From: Octopus bimaculoides
Taxonomy: Eukaryota
Reading direction: 5' to 3'
Length of the DNA stretch: 64,000 bases
Assembly (NCBI RefSeq): GCF_001194135.2
Contig: NC_068989.1
Coordinates: forward strand, 60,167,294-60,231,293
Shown: one piece after another, positions 26,629 through 39,153 of the stretch
Numbering within the stretch: position 1 is the stretch's first letter
Layout of the letters: each line of letters starts with the position of its first letter
Made by a program: the position numbers and the translations under genes
The notes under the pieces: model-generated
Databases searched by the model: none
Told to the model about the DNA's origin: nothing
Seen by the model: only the letters and a program-made list of their open reading frames with translations

Positions 26629-27942
26629 TGTGGGGCAGAGAGGACGGCCGTTTTTGAAATGGCTATTACTCAGCCCCAGTGGGAGAGACGTATGTTCTAC
26701 AAGTACCATTCGGTCAGTAGTGTCTTAGCATTTTTTAATCTTTTTAGGTGAAGCCATGGCGCTCAGGATGATAACGTATCGCGTGTTTGCCTACAACAAT
26801 TATATGAAGAATAATGAATCTGTCACGGCAGTTCAACGTGAGTTTCGGTGCCACTTTAATATCCACCGAAATCAGGCTGTTCCCACCCGTAACACAATCT
26901 TACGTTGGGCGAATGCACTTCGTATACGAGGTACACTAATCAATAGGAGACTGGTTGGGGCGCCACGAACGGCACAGACCCCGGAAAATGTGGAACGTAT
27001 CAGACAAGCTTTGACACGGAGTCCGAATCACTCTGCTCGGTGGCGTTCCACTGAACTTGGCATCGGTTCTCGATCAGTAAGGCGTGTTTCCTGCATTTCT
27101 ACTCGTACAAATTGGTCATTGGGCAAGAATTGAAACTATGGGACTATGCACAGTGATTTCATTTCGCACGTCAGATGGAAGCAATTTTAGAGGCAAATGA
27201 CAACTTATTTTTTTAATGAATGATGAATCTCATTTTCATCTCAATAGCATGGTGAATCAACAGAACTGTTGTTATTGGGCTCTTGAAAATCCTAGAGAAC
27301 TGCACGAAAGACCACTGCACAGCCCCAAAGTGACGGTCTGGTGTGATGCTGGAAAGGCTTCTGTCATTTTTGGAAGACAACAATGATGGAAATGCTGTTT
27401 CTGTGAATTCTGAGCGTAACATAGAGATAATAAACAACTTCTTTGTGTCTGAATTACGACGAAAACGTATGTCTATTCGACATGTGTGATTTCATCAGGA
27501 TGGGGCGACGGCCCACACAGCTAGAGCATCAATGGATGCTCTTCACCCTCTCTTCGGTGACTGCCTCATTTTCAGGTTTGCTGATATTCCTTGTTCCCCT
27601 CGCTCCCCTGATTTGTCCATGTGTGATTATTTCGTGTGGAGAAACCTCAAGACACGTGTGTATGCACATAAGCCCCGTACATTGGACGATTTGAAGGAAG
27701 GTATTCGCGTAGAAGTCGCCCAGACCGACAGAGCAATGCTAGAGAGAGTGGAGGCCGACTTCCAAGAATGCCTTCAGAAATGCAACTATGAAAACGGACA
27801 TCACATGATAGATGTTGTTTTCCACAATTGATTTTGACAATGCTAATTCAATATGAACATATTGATGTCATTAAAATTTGTTTCCAGCTAAAATTAATGA
27901 TGTGAAATTTTCAAAAACGTCCGTTCTCTCTGCCCCACCCTG
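26626..27942 (+). mobile_element. Full-length Tc1/mariner element, rosa-type DD41D, inactive
   Basis: TIRs CAGTGTGGGGCAGAGAGGACGGCCGTTTTTGAAA / CAGGGTGGGGCAGAGAGAACGGACGTTTTTGAAA, TA on both sides; NDESHFHL, QDGATAH and RSPDLSMCD, with 41 residues between the 2nd and 3rd D; frameshifted. Confidence 0.92.
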
Positions 27943-28024
27943 TACATACATACATACATACACACACGGATAAGTGAGTGTGATGTTGGGTGCAACATGG
28001 GTGACAAGAGGTGGAGAGATGTGT

Positions 28025-28061
<37 letters not shown>

Positions 28062-28347
28062 TGTGTGCGTGCGTGCGTGTGTATATTGACAAATGCAGGT
28101 ATATAGCATTCATTCTTGATTTCTTAAAATTATTTCTACGTCTACAGGATGCTGTGACAGCTACCACATGGCAATTGACACAAGGTCCATATGAGAAGGA
28201 AAGGCACAATGTTATAGTCTAAGGATAAGAAGCTAAACGTGGACACGTATATCTGCCCCAGTAAGTTTAATCAGTTGAAAATACATACACGCACACACAT
28301 ATATATGTATGCATGAATGTATGCATCTGTGTGCTTAGATGTATGAA

Positions 28348-28406
<59 letters not shown>

Positions 28407-28541
28407 ATTCTTTTACTCTTTTACTCTTTTACTCGTTTCAGCCATGCGGCCGTGGTCATGCTGGAAATCAGATTTCCTCAATCTGGGTGTTTCACATCAC
28501 CACTCTTGTGTATACCTTTGTCCCAGCTGTTGGTATACACA

Positions 28542-28577
<36 letters not shown>

Positions 28578-29512
28578 TACTCACACGCACGCACACACAC
28601 ANNNNNNNNNNACACACACACAAACATACTCACACGCACGCACACACACTCATATATGGATATGTACATACACACACACGTACATATATATGTATATATA
28701 CATGTATATGCATATGTATATATCTATTCATGCATATATATATGTATATATATATACATACATATATANNNNNNNNNNNNNNNNNNNNNNNNNNNNNNNN
28801 NNNNNNNNNNNNNNNNTATATATATATATATATGTTATATATATATATATATGTGTGTGTGCGTGTGACTGTGTCTGTGTGTAGAAATCATAGTACAATA
28901 TAGTGAATGCTGCATTCAAAAAGTTATTTTTTTATTGAATTTGGGGAAAATATCCAATACTGAGGAGCAATGTTTACCGACGCACAAAGTTAAAGATGAT
29001 TGTAGAAAGTAAAGAATTAGTTTAAATTAAAGTACGCAATTCGGAAAATTAAATTTAAACTTTGTTTTCATGCAGGTTATGTCTATGAGTACAAGTTTCA
29101 GATTGAATTTGTCTGCGTAGTAGAGAGTCTAATGAACGGATATGTATGTATGTATCACTGTATGTATGTATGTATGTATGTATGTATGTATGTATGTATG
29201 TATGTATGTATGTATGTATGTGTGTGTATGCATGTATGTGTGTGTGTGGTATACGTATACACACACACACACACACACACATATATTATATATTATATAT
29301 ACATAAACGCAAACACATATATTCATATATATATATTTTTGCATTCATGTTTGTTTTTCATATGTATATATATATACATATATTCATATACTTACGTATA
29401 TACATGGGTATATACATAAATATATATATATATCTGTACTCATACTATACATACATATACACACATATATATTTATACACACGTACTACACTACATGCAC
29501 GCACACGTAGAA

Positions 29513-29554
<42 letters not shown>

Positions 29555-30229
29555 CTGTGTGTGTGTGTGTATGAATATGTGTGTGTATGGATATAAATAC
29601 ACATACACATAACTGCCTGTCTATATATCTGTAATCGTATATGTGTGCATATAAATTGTTTGTGTACGCCAATGCCTGGCTTCCATCTTTATTTAAAATG
29701 CAGTACACATAAACGATCTCAGGGCAAATCTCTGCTCCAACCCTAATCATAACATTTCAGTAGGCCTGCCAATATTAAATATTTACGCTGCTTCCTTTCA
29801 CAACCAGTTGCATTCGAAATGAATCAAAATAAGAGTGATTAGTAATCAATAGATATACCACCGCATGAAAAATGAATTAATAATTGCACAAACTAGAAAA
29901 TTCATTTTTCAGTCGACTAAATTGGCCATACCGATGTAGTTGCTTCTACTATAAACTGTTTATGAAATTAAGATACGTGAGCTAATTGAGATATGACTGT
30001 TTTGAACTATTGTAGTGGTGTTTTGAGTAATACAGTATAAGTGAAAAGGTGCTGTACATTGTAGCATGGTGTGATATAATGGTGTTATTTCCTGTAATAA
30101 AGTGCAATATAGTGGTATATTGAAGGCGTACTGTTACCTTCAATGAGATGACGTCAACTAGAAGTAATCCAATGGGAAAATGTGATATTTTTAAAAAGAA
30201 GTTCATCTATTTGCTTTAGGAAGAGAACA

Positions 30230-30460
30230 AAATATCAACGTTTCAGATGCAATCCCGTTTTCAAGATGAAGGGGATTGATGAAATAATGCAAATCTTTGT
30301 GTGTTTGAATTGTCGTAATCGTAGATGTAGTAATGAAGTTGTGTAGCTTGGTGTGATAGAGATGTAACAGTATAGAATCTAAACGTGGTTAAATAATACA
30401 AGTTGTTCTAATGCTTCTATAGGATCATGAAGTGGCAGGCACATCTAGGTCTTAATATTT
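30230..30460 (-). mobile_element. Very decayed Penelope-like 3' end
   Basis: Minus strand ..LEQLVLFNHV.. followed by cttgaaaacgggattgcatctgaaacgttg, like a degenerate CTGANGA..GAAACGTT terminal-repeat motif. Confidence 0.3.
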
Positions 30461-31383
30461 AATTTTAATTTGTATTAAAATCCAGCCGAAGCCAGTTTTG
30501 CGTTTCATTCTACTACGTTGATAAAAGAATTATTAGAATTATACTGAGATTGACAGACTGACTCATAGACAGTGAATATAGGAGTTTTATTGATAGATAC
30601 GACAGTATAATACTTTTTGTTTAGTTTCATGTAATGAAGTCATGTTGCAGAGTAGCTTATTATCTTGTAGTGTGGAAATGTGGACGTTACTCCTTATGAT
30701 GTATAAAAGACAGTAACCCTAGTGATATTCTGATCTATTTAGTATAGTGTTCAATCGTCTCTCAATGCTTCTCCATATTTGCTTTTAAAATGCTTAAAAT
30801 AACAATTAATAAACTTATATTTAATCAGTCATTCCTATTTTACAAAAATAACAGGTCAAAAGAAATAATTTTAACATTACATGGCTCATATTAATGTAAT
30901 TATGTAAGCTATAATAATTGTTTGGTAATTATACAGTGGAAGCACTTTAACTATCCAAATGTTAAATTCACATTTCTTTTATTTCTTCTTGCGCCTACAT
31001 TTTCGTCGCTCCGATGCCAGTTGGTAACTGACACAGTTCAGATATATGTTGAACTTTGAATTCAACAATGTTCTTTTGGTTAAAATTTGTAGTTTTTAAA
31101 GTTAGATATATTAGATTATAAAATCATTCGCGAATGTTGAGTCTAGTATTTAGTTTCAAATTTTGTAGCTATACTTAGAGGTGTTTGTCACTGGATAAGA
31201 ATATATATTAATACAGGCAATTCACAGAAGTTCTAGCAACAATTTTTTAGAGTGAGTTAAACTATTCTGCTTTGAGAGATAAAAAGTAGTATATACTAAA
31301 AGTTGAGTTGTTTGAACGTTCTCTCACTTCAAGTTCATACCCACACATGGATTTAACCAATTCTTATCTGATTAAAACAAATA

Positions 31384-32499
31384 TTAGGTCGTCAAGTATG
31401 AAATTGGTAGTAAGGTATATGTTAAATTTGACAGCTGCTTGTTTTGCGTCCTTATATTTTGACAATCTTTATTTTTTATTAGAAATCTGACACATCTATT
31501 TCTTTATTCTAACTCATTTTGCGCTTTATAAAGTATTTATAAATCGTTTTTTGCTATTTTTGTTTAGAGATGGATAAGTCGAAAATTCGTACAGTTTTGA
31601 AATATGTGTTCTTTCTTGGTAGTGAAGGCGCAATGGCCCAGTGGTTAGGGCAGCGGACTCGCGGTCATAGGATCGCGGTTTCGATTCCCAGACCGGGCGT
31701 TGTGAGTGTTTATTGAACGAAAACACCTAAAGCTCCACGAGGCTCCGGCAGGGGATTGTGGTGAACCCTGCTGTACTCTTTCACCACAACTTTCTCTCAC
31801 TCTTACTTCCTGTTTCTGTTGTGCCTGTAATTCAAAGGGTCAGCCTTGTCACACTGTGTCACGCTGAATATCCCCGAGAACTACGTTAAGGGTACACGTG
31901 TCTGTGGAGTGCTCAGCCACTTGCACGTTAATTTCACGAGCAGGCTGTTCCGTTGATCGGATCAACTGGAACCCTCGTCGTCGTAAGCGACGGAGTGCCA
32001 ACAACAACAACATGTTCTTTCTTGGAAATACAGCATCACAGACAGCTCTGAATATTAATGGAATATTTCATTATAATGTTATTACACAGCAGACAGTATC
32101 AAATTGGTCTGCAAAATTTCGTTCTGGTAACTTTGACCTCACAAATGAGCAACGCGGTCGACCAGAAACAAAGATAGATAATGACAAACTGAAAGCCACC
32201 GTCGAGTCAGATCCATCTCAAAGTGCCCGTGAATTATCGTTGTTGTTTGGTGTTAGCATGCGAACAATATTGACTCACCTAGTTCAAATCGGTAAAGTGA
32301 AAAATTTGGATAAGTGGGTTTCACATGAACTCAATGAAAATTAGAAACGGCAACGATTGGAAGCCTGCATTATGCTACTTTCTTGTCACAGAAATGAATC
32401 GAATTGCAATAGGTGATGAGAAATGGATCCAATACAACAACCGTAAACGTCCAGCAAACTTGTTTTTCTTTTCTACAAATTTCATACTTGATGACCTAA
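31384..32499 (+). mobile_element. Internally deleted cecropia/Hsmar1-like mariner, interrupted by SINE-A
   Basis: 27-bp TIRs TTAGGTCGTCAAGTATGAAATTGGTAG / TTAGGTCATCAAGTATGAAATTTGTAG with TA TSDs; ATG at 31570; MDKSKIRTVLKY..RGRPETKIDNDKLKATVESDP..QIGKVKNLDKWVSHEL..GDEKWI; catalytic C-terminal half missing. Confidence 0.92.
31620..32012 (+). mobile_element. SINE-A full-length copy nested in mariner
   Basis: 13-bp TSD tgttctttcttgg at 31607-31619 and 32013-32025; (AAC)n tail. Confidence 0.95.
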
Positions 32500-32548
32500 T
32501 ATTTGGCTTATACAATGAAATTCTTAAGGATCATTAACTGCGATAGTT

Positions 32549-33216
32549 TTATTTACATTTGACGGATATTTGTCCTCATCTTGTTAGTAAACCAGGGTTC
32601 TCATTCCTAAGGTATTTTTCGATGTTATTATTGTTTAGGTCACTGCTTGGAATCGAACTCGGAATTAGTAGGCCGCGCTCTTAACCCCTACGCCATATGC
32701 CCGTGGGCAATTATGGAGTGAATTTTAGGGATTATAAATCTAATATTTTTCTATCCTTCCTTAATACCGTTTCCCATATGCTGCTCATATCTGCACTCGG
32801 TCTGCTTAGGAGGTTGTTGTGTCCTAGCATAAGTTGCGCCATTTTTTAGTTTTCGTATTTTCCAGTGGTGTTCTCTATCTATTATTTTAACTTCGTCCCA
32901 CAGGGCGAGGTGGTCTCTATCTTTCCATACATGATCAGCCATACCCGATTTATCAACATCTCCTCGTGTCACAGCTTTGTGATCTTCATCTACATTTATT
33001 TTGAGGGGGTGACATGTTTCGCCTTTGTATAACCTACCACAGCTGCATGGGATGGAGTACATGCAATCTTTGGTCATACTCTCTTCTATTGGTGGTTTTA
33101 CTTGGAGGAGATATTTGCGAAATGTTGTATTACAAACAAGATGAGTACAAATATCCGTCAAATGTAAATAATGTAAATAATGTACATCATTCCTCATCTC
33201 TTAAATATAGAACTGT
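32549..33216 (-). mobile_element. Penelope-like element, 5'-truncated: GIY-YIG endonuclease, tRNA-like module, inverted terminal-repeat piece
   Basis: CMYSIPCSCGRLYKGET..SGMADHVWK..WDEVKIIDREHHWKIRKLK is the PLE GIY-YIG domain; 37-bp inverted repeat 32549-32585 vs 33135-33171. Confidence 0.85.
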
Positions 33217-34237
33217 GCGGTAGTTTTGTTGTTAAGTTCTGGTATATTTAATCAAACATTCACAGCTTCGCTGAAAGGCAATTTTGTAACTGACTGCTGA
33301 TATGTACAGTAAGGTGTACAAACGAAGTAAAGGTTGGGGGGCCAATACTCTGCCGCGATTTCGAGTGTTTTAAAGTGGTTACGATATGAAGAGAAAACAA
33401 AAAAGCGAAAGAAAACGCGTCATGCCTCCATATCTTCCTACCGTCTCTTGATGTAATTAGTATTATCTGTTTATGAGCAGTTACAAATCCAATCAATATT
33501 TATATCTGAAAATAAGAAAGCTTAACAAGTAGGCTGTATTGATTTATTAAATAAGGAAAGAAACATAAAGATAAAAATAATTGTAAAACCAATTAGTTAG
33601 CATCAGAATAAAATAAGATAGTAGTTTTGAAAAAAAAATGTATATTATTTGTTTTATTTATTCCATTGCACCTATAAGTGAATACGTGCTTTTGCGTTCT
33701 TCTCAGTGAAGTTAATTACTTCTCATGCTGAACTGATTCCAACTACAGCCCACCACTCTGAATAAATTTAAGTATATAATAATCACTTATGAAGTGACAA
33801 GAAATTATCAAGAATGTGCAATTAAAAGAAGTAATAAAAGAAGACATTTGCAAATAAACCTGTTGTTTGGGTTCGTATGGAATCTGCACAACTGTAAGAC
33901 ATAATCTATTAGTTCGAATCGATATGGTGAGAGAGTTGATACCTCTTACTCGCAAAGATGTTTTCCTAGTCTTGAGAAGATCAGGATGAAATAACATGAT
34001 ATGTATTTATACATGTGATTCCAAAGGCCTAGCCTTCGTTCGAATAGTTTATAATAAATCTAAGACCGTGAGAAAGCAGCCGAGAAGAGACGGGATATCC
34101 ACAGCCATCTCGAAAGAGTAAGACAGGAGAATAGTTTCTGTTGACTTGAAAAGAAAAAATTGAACTATATAGTGTTTATGGCTTCGTCCGTGATTTGAAG
34201 CCGTACCTACTTTCTGAAGCAAACATACACATACACA

Positions 34238-34281
<44 letters not shown>

Positions 34282-34822
34282 NNNNNNNNNNNNNNNNNNN
34301 NNNNNNNNNNNNNNNNNNNNNNNNNNNNNNNNNNNNNNNNNNNNNNNNNNNNNNNNNNNNNNNNNNNNNNNNNNNNNNNNNNNNNNACACATAGAGCACA
34401 CACACACACATAGAGCACACACACACACATAGAGCACACACACGTACATACGTGTGCACGCGCACGCGCACGCACACACACCAAAAAACGAAAAAAGAAA
34501 AACTTCAGTTAATAATGATTTTTTTTTATAAACCGCTCAGCACAGAATTATAATGGTTTATCATGTTGGAACATGACCAGAAATATATGAGGAAGCTTCA
34601 GTACCAATTAAATCGATTCCAAGTATACTAGTGGCACTGTATTGATCCCAAGTCAAGTTAGTAGTCGGAACATAGAGATTCGTAACTAAAAATTATAATA
34701 CATTCAAGGTACGTAACTAAAAAGATTCAGTCCAGCACTATGCACTTAATTGATCATGCACTGTCTTCATGCAGCAGTAACAGATCAATGAAGACTTTTT
34801 ATGTCAGTGTTATTATTGCTCT

Positions 34823-35183
34823 GGAGGCGCAATGGCCCAGTGGTTAGGGCAGCGGACTCGCGGTCATAGGATCGCGGTTTCGATTCCCAGACCGGGCGTT
34901 GTGAGTGTTTATTGAGCGAAAACACCTAAAAGCTCCACGAAGCTCCGGCAGGGGATGGTGGCGAACCCTACTGTACTCTNNNNNNNNNNCTGTTGTGCCT
35001 GTAATTCAAAGGGTCAGCCTTGTCACACTGCGTCACGCTGAATATCCCCGAGAACTACGTTATGGGTAAACGTGTCTGTGGAGTGCTCAGCCACTTGCAC
35101 GTTAATTTCACGAGCAGGCTGTTCCGTTGATCGGATCAACTGGAACCCTCGACGTCGTAAGCGACGGAGTGCCAACAACAACA
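34823..35183 (+). mobile_element. SINE-A full-length copy (small gap)
   Basis: Perfect 12-bp TSD tattattgctct at 34811-34822 and 35184-35195. Confidence 0.95.
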
Positions 35184-35681
35184 TATTATTGCTCTCTTGC
35201 GAAATCCGAGGGCGTTTAGAAACACTAACACCCCATTAACCAGCAAAGTTACTAATATAATATATCTTCAGAATATATTCTTTAAGTGACAGTTAAATAC
35301 TAAACTGATTAACATTTTTCAACTGTTTTTAATAACGGTATTGAAACCATTTTTTGTGGCAGTATTACTTTACACTCATTTCGAAAGTACTCATCACATG
35401 TCAGAAAGAAACTTTTCGCAAGACTTCCTGATGTTGTTTAGAATGTTTTTAATAAATAGTTATATTTGAAATGTCTTGACATTTTAGGATATTAAATTGT
35501 TACATTATTCTTGAACATATTCTTAAACGGAACATTAATTTTTCCCGAACATTGCACTCTTAAAATATCGTGGACACATTTAAGGGCAGTTTTATCCATT
35601 CTGCGTGAGTAGCTGTTTATTTATCATATTATTCAGAAAGCATTATCGAGCTAATAGATTATTTAGTAGCTTCTTGAGTCC

Positions 35682-35805
35682 GGTGGATTGGCAGAATCTT
35701 TAGAGCGTCGGAAAAATACGTTGCATTATTTGTTCCGGTTCGCTAAGTTCAAATCCCACCGAGATAAACTTTGCCCTTCATATTTGCTAGCCTTGTGCCT
35801 AAATT
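35682..35805 (+). mobile_element. SINE-B internally deleted fragment
   Basis: ggcagaatctttagagcgtcgg..aagttcaaatcccaccgag..gctagccttgtgcc. Confidence 0.55.
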
Positions 35806-35822
35806 AAAAGCAATGTATTAGC

Positions 35823-35981
35823 TTGTAAACCTAAATTTCTGGTCTAAAATCAAAGTAAAAAGAGACTTTCTATAAACTTAGGAACTACAACGAAGGTACT
35901 TTTAGTACCTTCGTCGTAGTTCCTTAGTTTATAGAAAGTCTTTTTATATTTTGATTTTAGACGAGAGATATAGGTTTACAA
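35823..35981. repeat. 159-bp palindrome (78-bp arms, 3-nt loop)
   Basis: Ungapped arm comparison by hand: 70/78 complementary; inner 37 bp are 35/37. Confidence 0.95.
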
Positions 35982-37786
35982 TTTCTATAGTCTTAATCAA
36001 GGGGAAGACGAATGACCTTATAGTCATTACATTAATGAAAGAAAATTTGAAATAACCTTGAACATCAGTCCAATGTAACGAGACTCGTAGTATAAAATTT
36101 CCTGCTACAAAATACTTGTAAGTGATTCGAACCCATGAACCTGGTAGACCAACTTATTAGTTTCACAATTTGTGACCCCTACTAATGATTATCAATAGCT
36201 CCTTGCTTTGTTGTTAATTGCTTTCTCTCGTGAGAAATTAATAAGTGAAAATATTAGAACGTAAGGTGTTATTTATCTTTCTAGTTTTTTTTTTTCACTC
36301 TGGTTACTCTTATCTAAAGCATCAAGTAATGGATGCACTTTGCGTTAGACACCCGTTGACAAAAAGAGTCCAACAAAAATGAAAATAGAAAAAGAGTATA
36401 AGATAAAACCACAATTTAAGTAATGCAATAAGATGCTGTTTGTAATTCCATATATTGTCCAATGTCAAACTAGATGATTTTTCAAGGAGAAATGACAGAA
36501 CTCATTAGGCCACTGTAAGGAAAACATGCAGAACTCATCAAGGCATGGCATTTAGCTCAAATACTTTATTCATTTCATTTATTCAATCTTAATTTGTCAG
36601 TTTCTTGGAAAGTGGTTCCTTTTCGATTGGACATTAATTAATTTATTATCCCAACAGGGAATAATCTTCTGTTTTAATATTAACTAATGTTTCTCTTCAA
36701 AGTGCACTCAAAGTGCATGCATATATGTATATATATATATATATNNNNNNNNNNNNNNNNNNNNNNNNNNNNNNNNNNNNNNNNNNNNNNNNNNNNNNNN
36801 NNNNNNNNNNNNNNNNNNNNNNNNNNNNNNNNNNNNNNNNNNNNNNNNNNNNNNNNNNNNNNNNNNNNNNNNNNNNNNNNNNNNNNNNNNNNNNNNNNNN
36901 NNNNNNNNNNNNNNNNNNNNNNNNNNNNNNNNNNNNNNNNNNNNNNNNNNNNNNNNNNNNNNNNNNNNNNNNNNNNNNNNNNNNNNNNNNNNNNNNNNNN
37001 NNNNNNNNNNNNNNNNNNNNNNNNNNNNNNNNNNNNNNNNNNNNNNNNNNNNNNNNNNNNNNNNNNNNNNNNNNNNNNNNNNNNNNNNNNNNNNNNNNNN
37101 NNNNNNNNNNNNNNNNNNNNNNNNNNNNNNTATGCAATTATGCGGAAAAACCAATTAAATATAACAGAATGAGTGCATGGATTTGATATACCATATATAA
37201 GTATATGTAATATATGTATATGTATCTTGGTACCTTCCTGATTTCAATCTTCTACAGAGGCAGCTCTTATGATAGCAGTACGCTCTAGATATTAGCAGAT
37301 GTACGGAATAAAGAAGACATTTTGCTTGTTCCCTCAATTCTTTTACAAAAAGAATCTTGTGTTTTGGATCTCTTTCCTCTAAAGTGTTAAAATAGAGATG
37401 TCGACGTAGTGATAATAAATATGATTAATCGATCTATTTTGACTGGTTTCTGTTGCATTATCTTTACAAGAACGAGGAGCGAACTCTCAGTATTCAGAAA
37501 TTAGGAGTCGAGTTGTAAATATTGAAATTTATGTTGATGTTCAAATTCTTTAATTACTTTATCGTAGTCCATTACTCATTCTATATTTAATTAAACAACT
37601 CCTTTAAAGAAGGAGCTTTCTACGAAACTATTAAAGGCTTTTGCTATTAACAGTTGTTTTGAAATCTCACAATCTTTTGCTATTTTTAATCTGTATAACC
37701 ACATCTAAGTATAATTGATAATAGCCAGTATAACAATTAGCTAGTTGGTTGGTTTCTCTAGTCACACTTTACATCATATTGAGAAA

Positions 37787-37794
<8 letters not shown>

Positions 37795-37875
<81 letters not shown>
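37795..37875. repeat. (GA)n microsatellite
   Basis: Directly visible. Confidence 0.95.
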
Positions 37876-37877
<2 letters not shown>

Positions 37878-39153
37878 ATAGGGATATACAAAACGAGTTA
37901 AGATTAGAGGTTAAAGATGAGTGTCTTATAACTCTGTGACAAATACATTATTACATGAAAATCTGCAGCGATAGGTTTTCGGTGGTGTACATAACAATTA
38001 TGTTGGTAAAATTAAGAAAAAGTAATAATATATGCTTATTCTACAATTAAATAAGTCAAATGAGAAACGTATATACTGTATGGTATTACTCCTTCCCTCT
38101 GTATATAGTCTATACTTTATCGCAGAGCCACACGTATATATATTATATCCTGTAATATATTACTACACCTATATATATTATANNNNNNNNNNNNNNNNNN
38201 NNNNNNNNNNNNNNNNNNNNNNNNNNNNNNNNNNNNNNNNNNNNNNNNNNNNNNNNNNNNNNNNNNNNNNNNNNNNNNNNNNNNNNNNNNNNNNNNNNNN
38301 NNNNNNNNNNNNNNNNNNNNNNNNNNNNNNNNNNNNNNNNNNNNNNNNNNNNNNNNNNNNNNNNNNNNNNNNNNNNNNNNNNNNNNNNNNNNNNNNNNNN
38401 NNNNNNNNNNNNNNNNNNNNNNNNNNNNNNNNNNNNNNNNNNNNNNNNNNNNNNNNNNNNNNNNNNNNNNNNNNNNNNNNNNNNNNNNNNNNNNNNNNNN
38501 NNNNNNNNNNNNNNNNNNNNNNNNNNNNNNNNNNNNNNNNNNNNNNNNNNNNNNNNNNNNNNNNNNNNNNNNNNNNNNNNNNNNNNNNNNNNNNNNNNNN
38601 NNNNNNNNNNNNNNNNNNNNNNNNNNNNNNNNNNNNNNNNNNNNNNNNNNNNNNNNNNNNNNNNNNNNNNNNNNNNNNNNNNNNNCACACACACACACAC
38701 ACACACACATATTAGACAAAATGAAATAAGAAAGCCAAGGCTGTGAGAAGTTTTCAGGACATTTATGAGGAAAAACAGCTAACAACAACAACGGACCATG
38801 CTCCACCCCTCCATTTTCCAAAAATACTGATAGCACTACTCCTAAGCACCCATATGCGCACATGTATATATAGAAGACTATACGTATCAAACTATCACAG
38901 AATTTCGCAAATCTGAAACACCCTTCACTTTCGAACAACAAATTTCCTCATCAAAGCAAAAAGTTCTGCACTCTCATACACATATCATATACATATTTTA
39001 TCTTCAAGCATCTGTAAATATTTATCTCAAATACAAATACAATTTATACTAATTCTTCAATATTGTAGCATACGTTTCTACACAACTAAACACTAACGCA
39101 AGAAGTAAATCAATAATTAACAAATATATTATAAAAAACCAAAAAACTCTAAG

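Noticed and set aside
31625-31700. SINE heads as real tRNA genes
   Set aside because: A and B boxes are present, but the acceptor stem does not close and each head continues into a SINE body.
31898-32344. 148-aa ORF with an NLS-like PRRRKRR fused to a mariner HTH
   Set aside because: Chance read-through from the SINE-A tail into the mariner; the same peptide occurs in other SINE-A copies. No evidence of expression.
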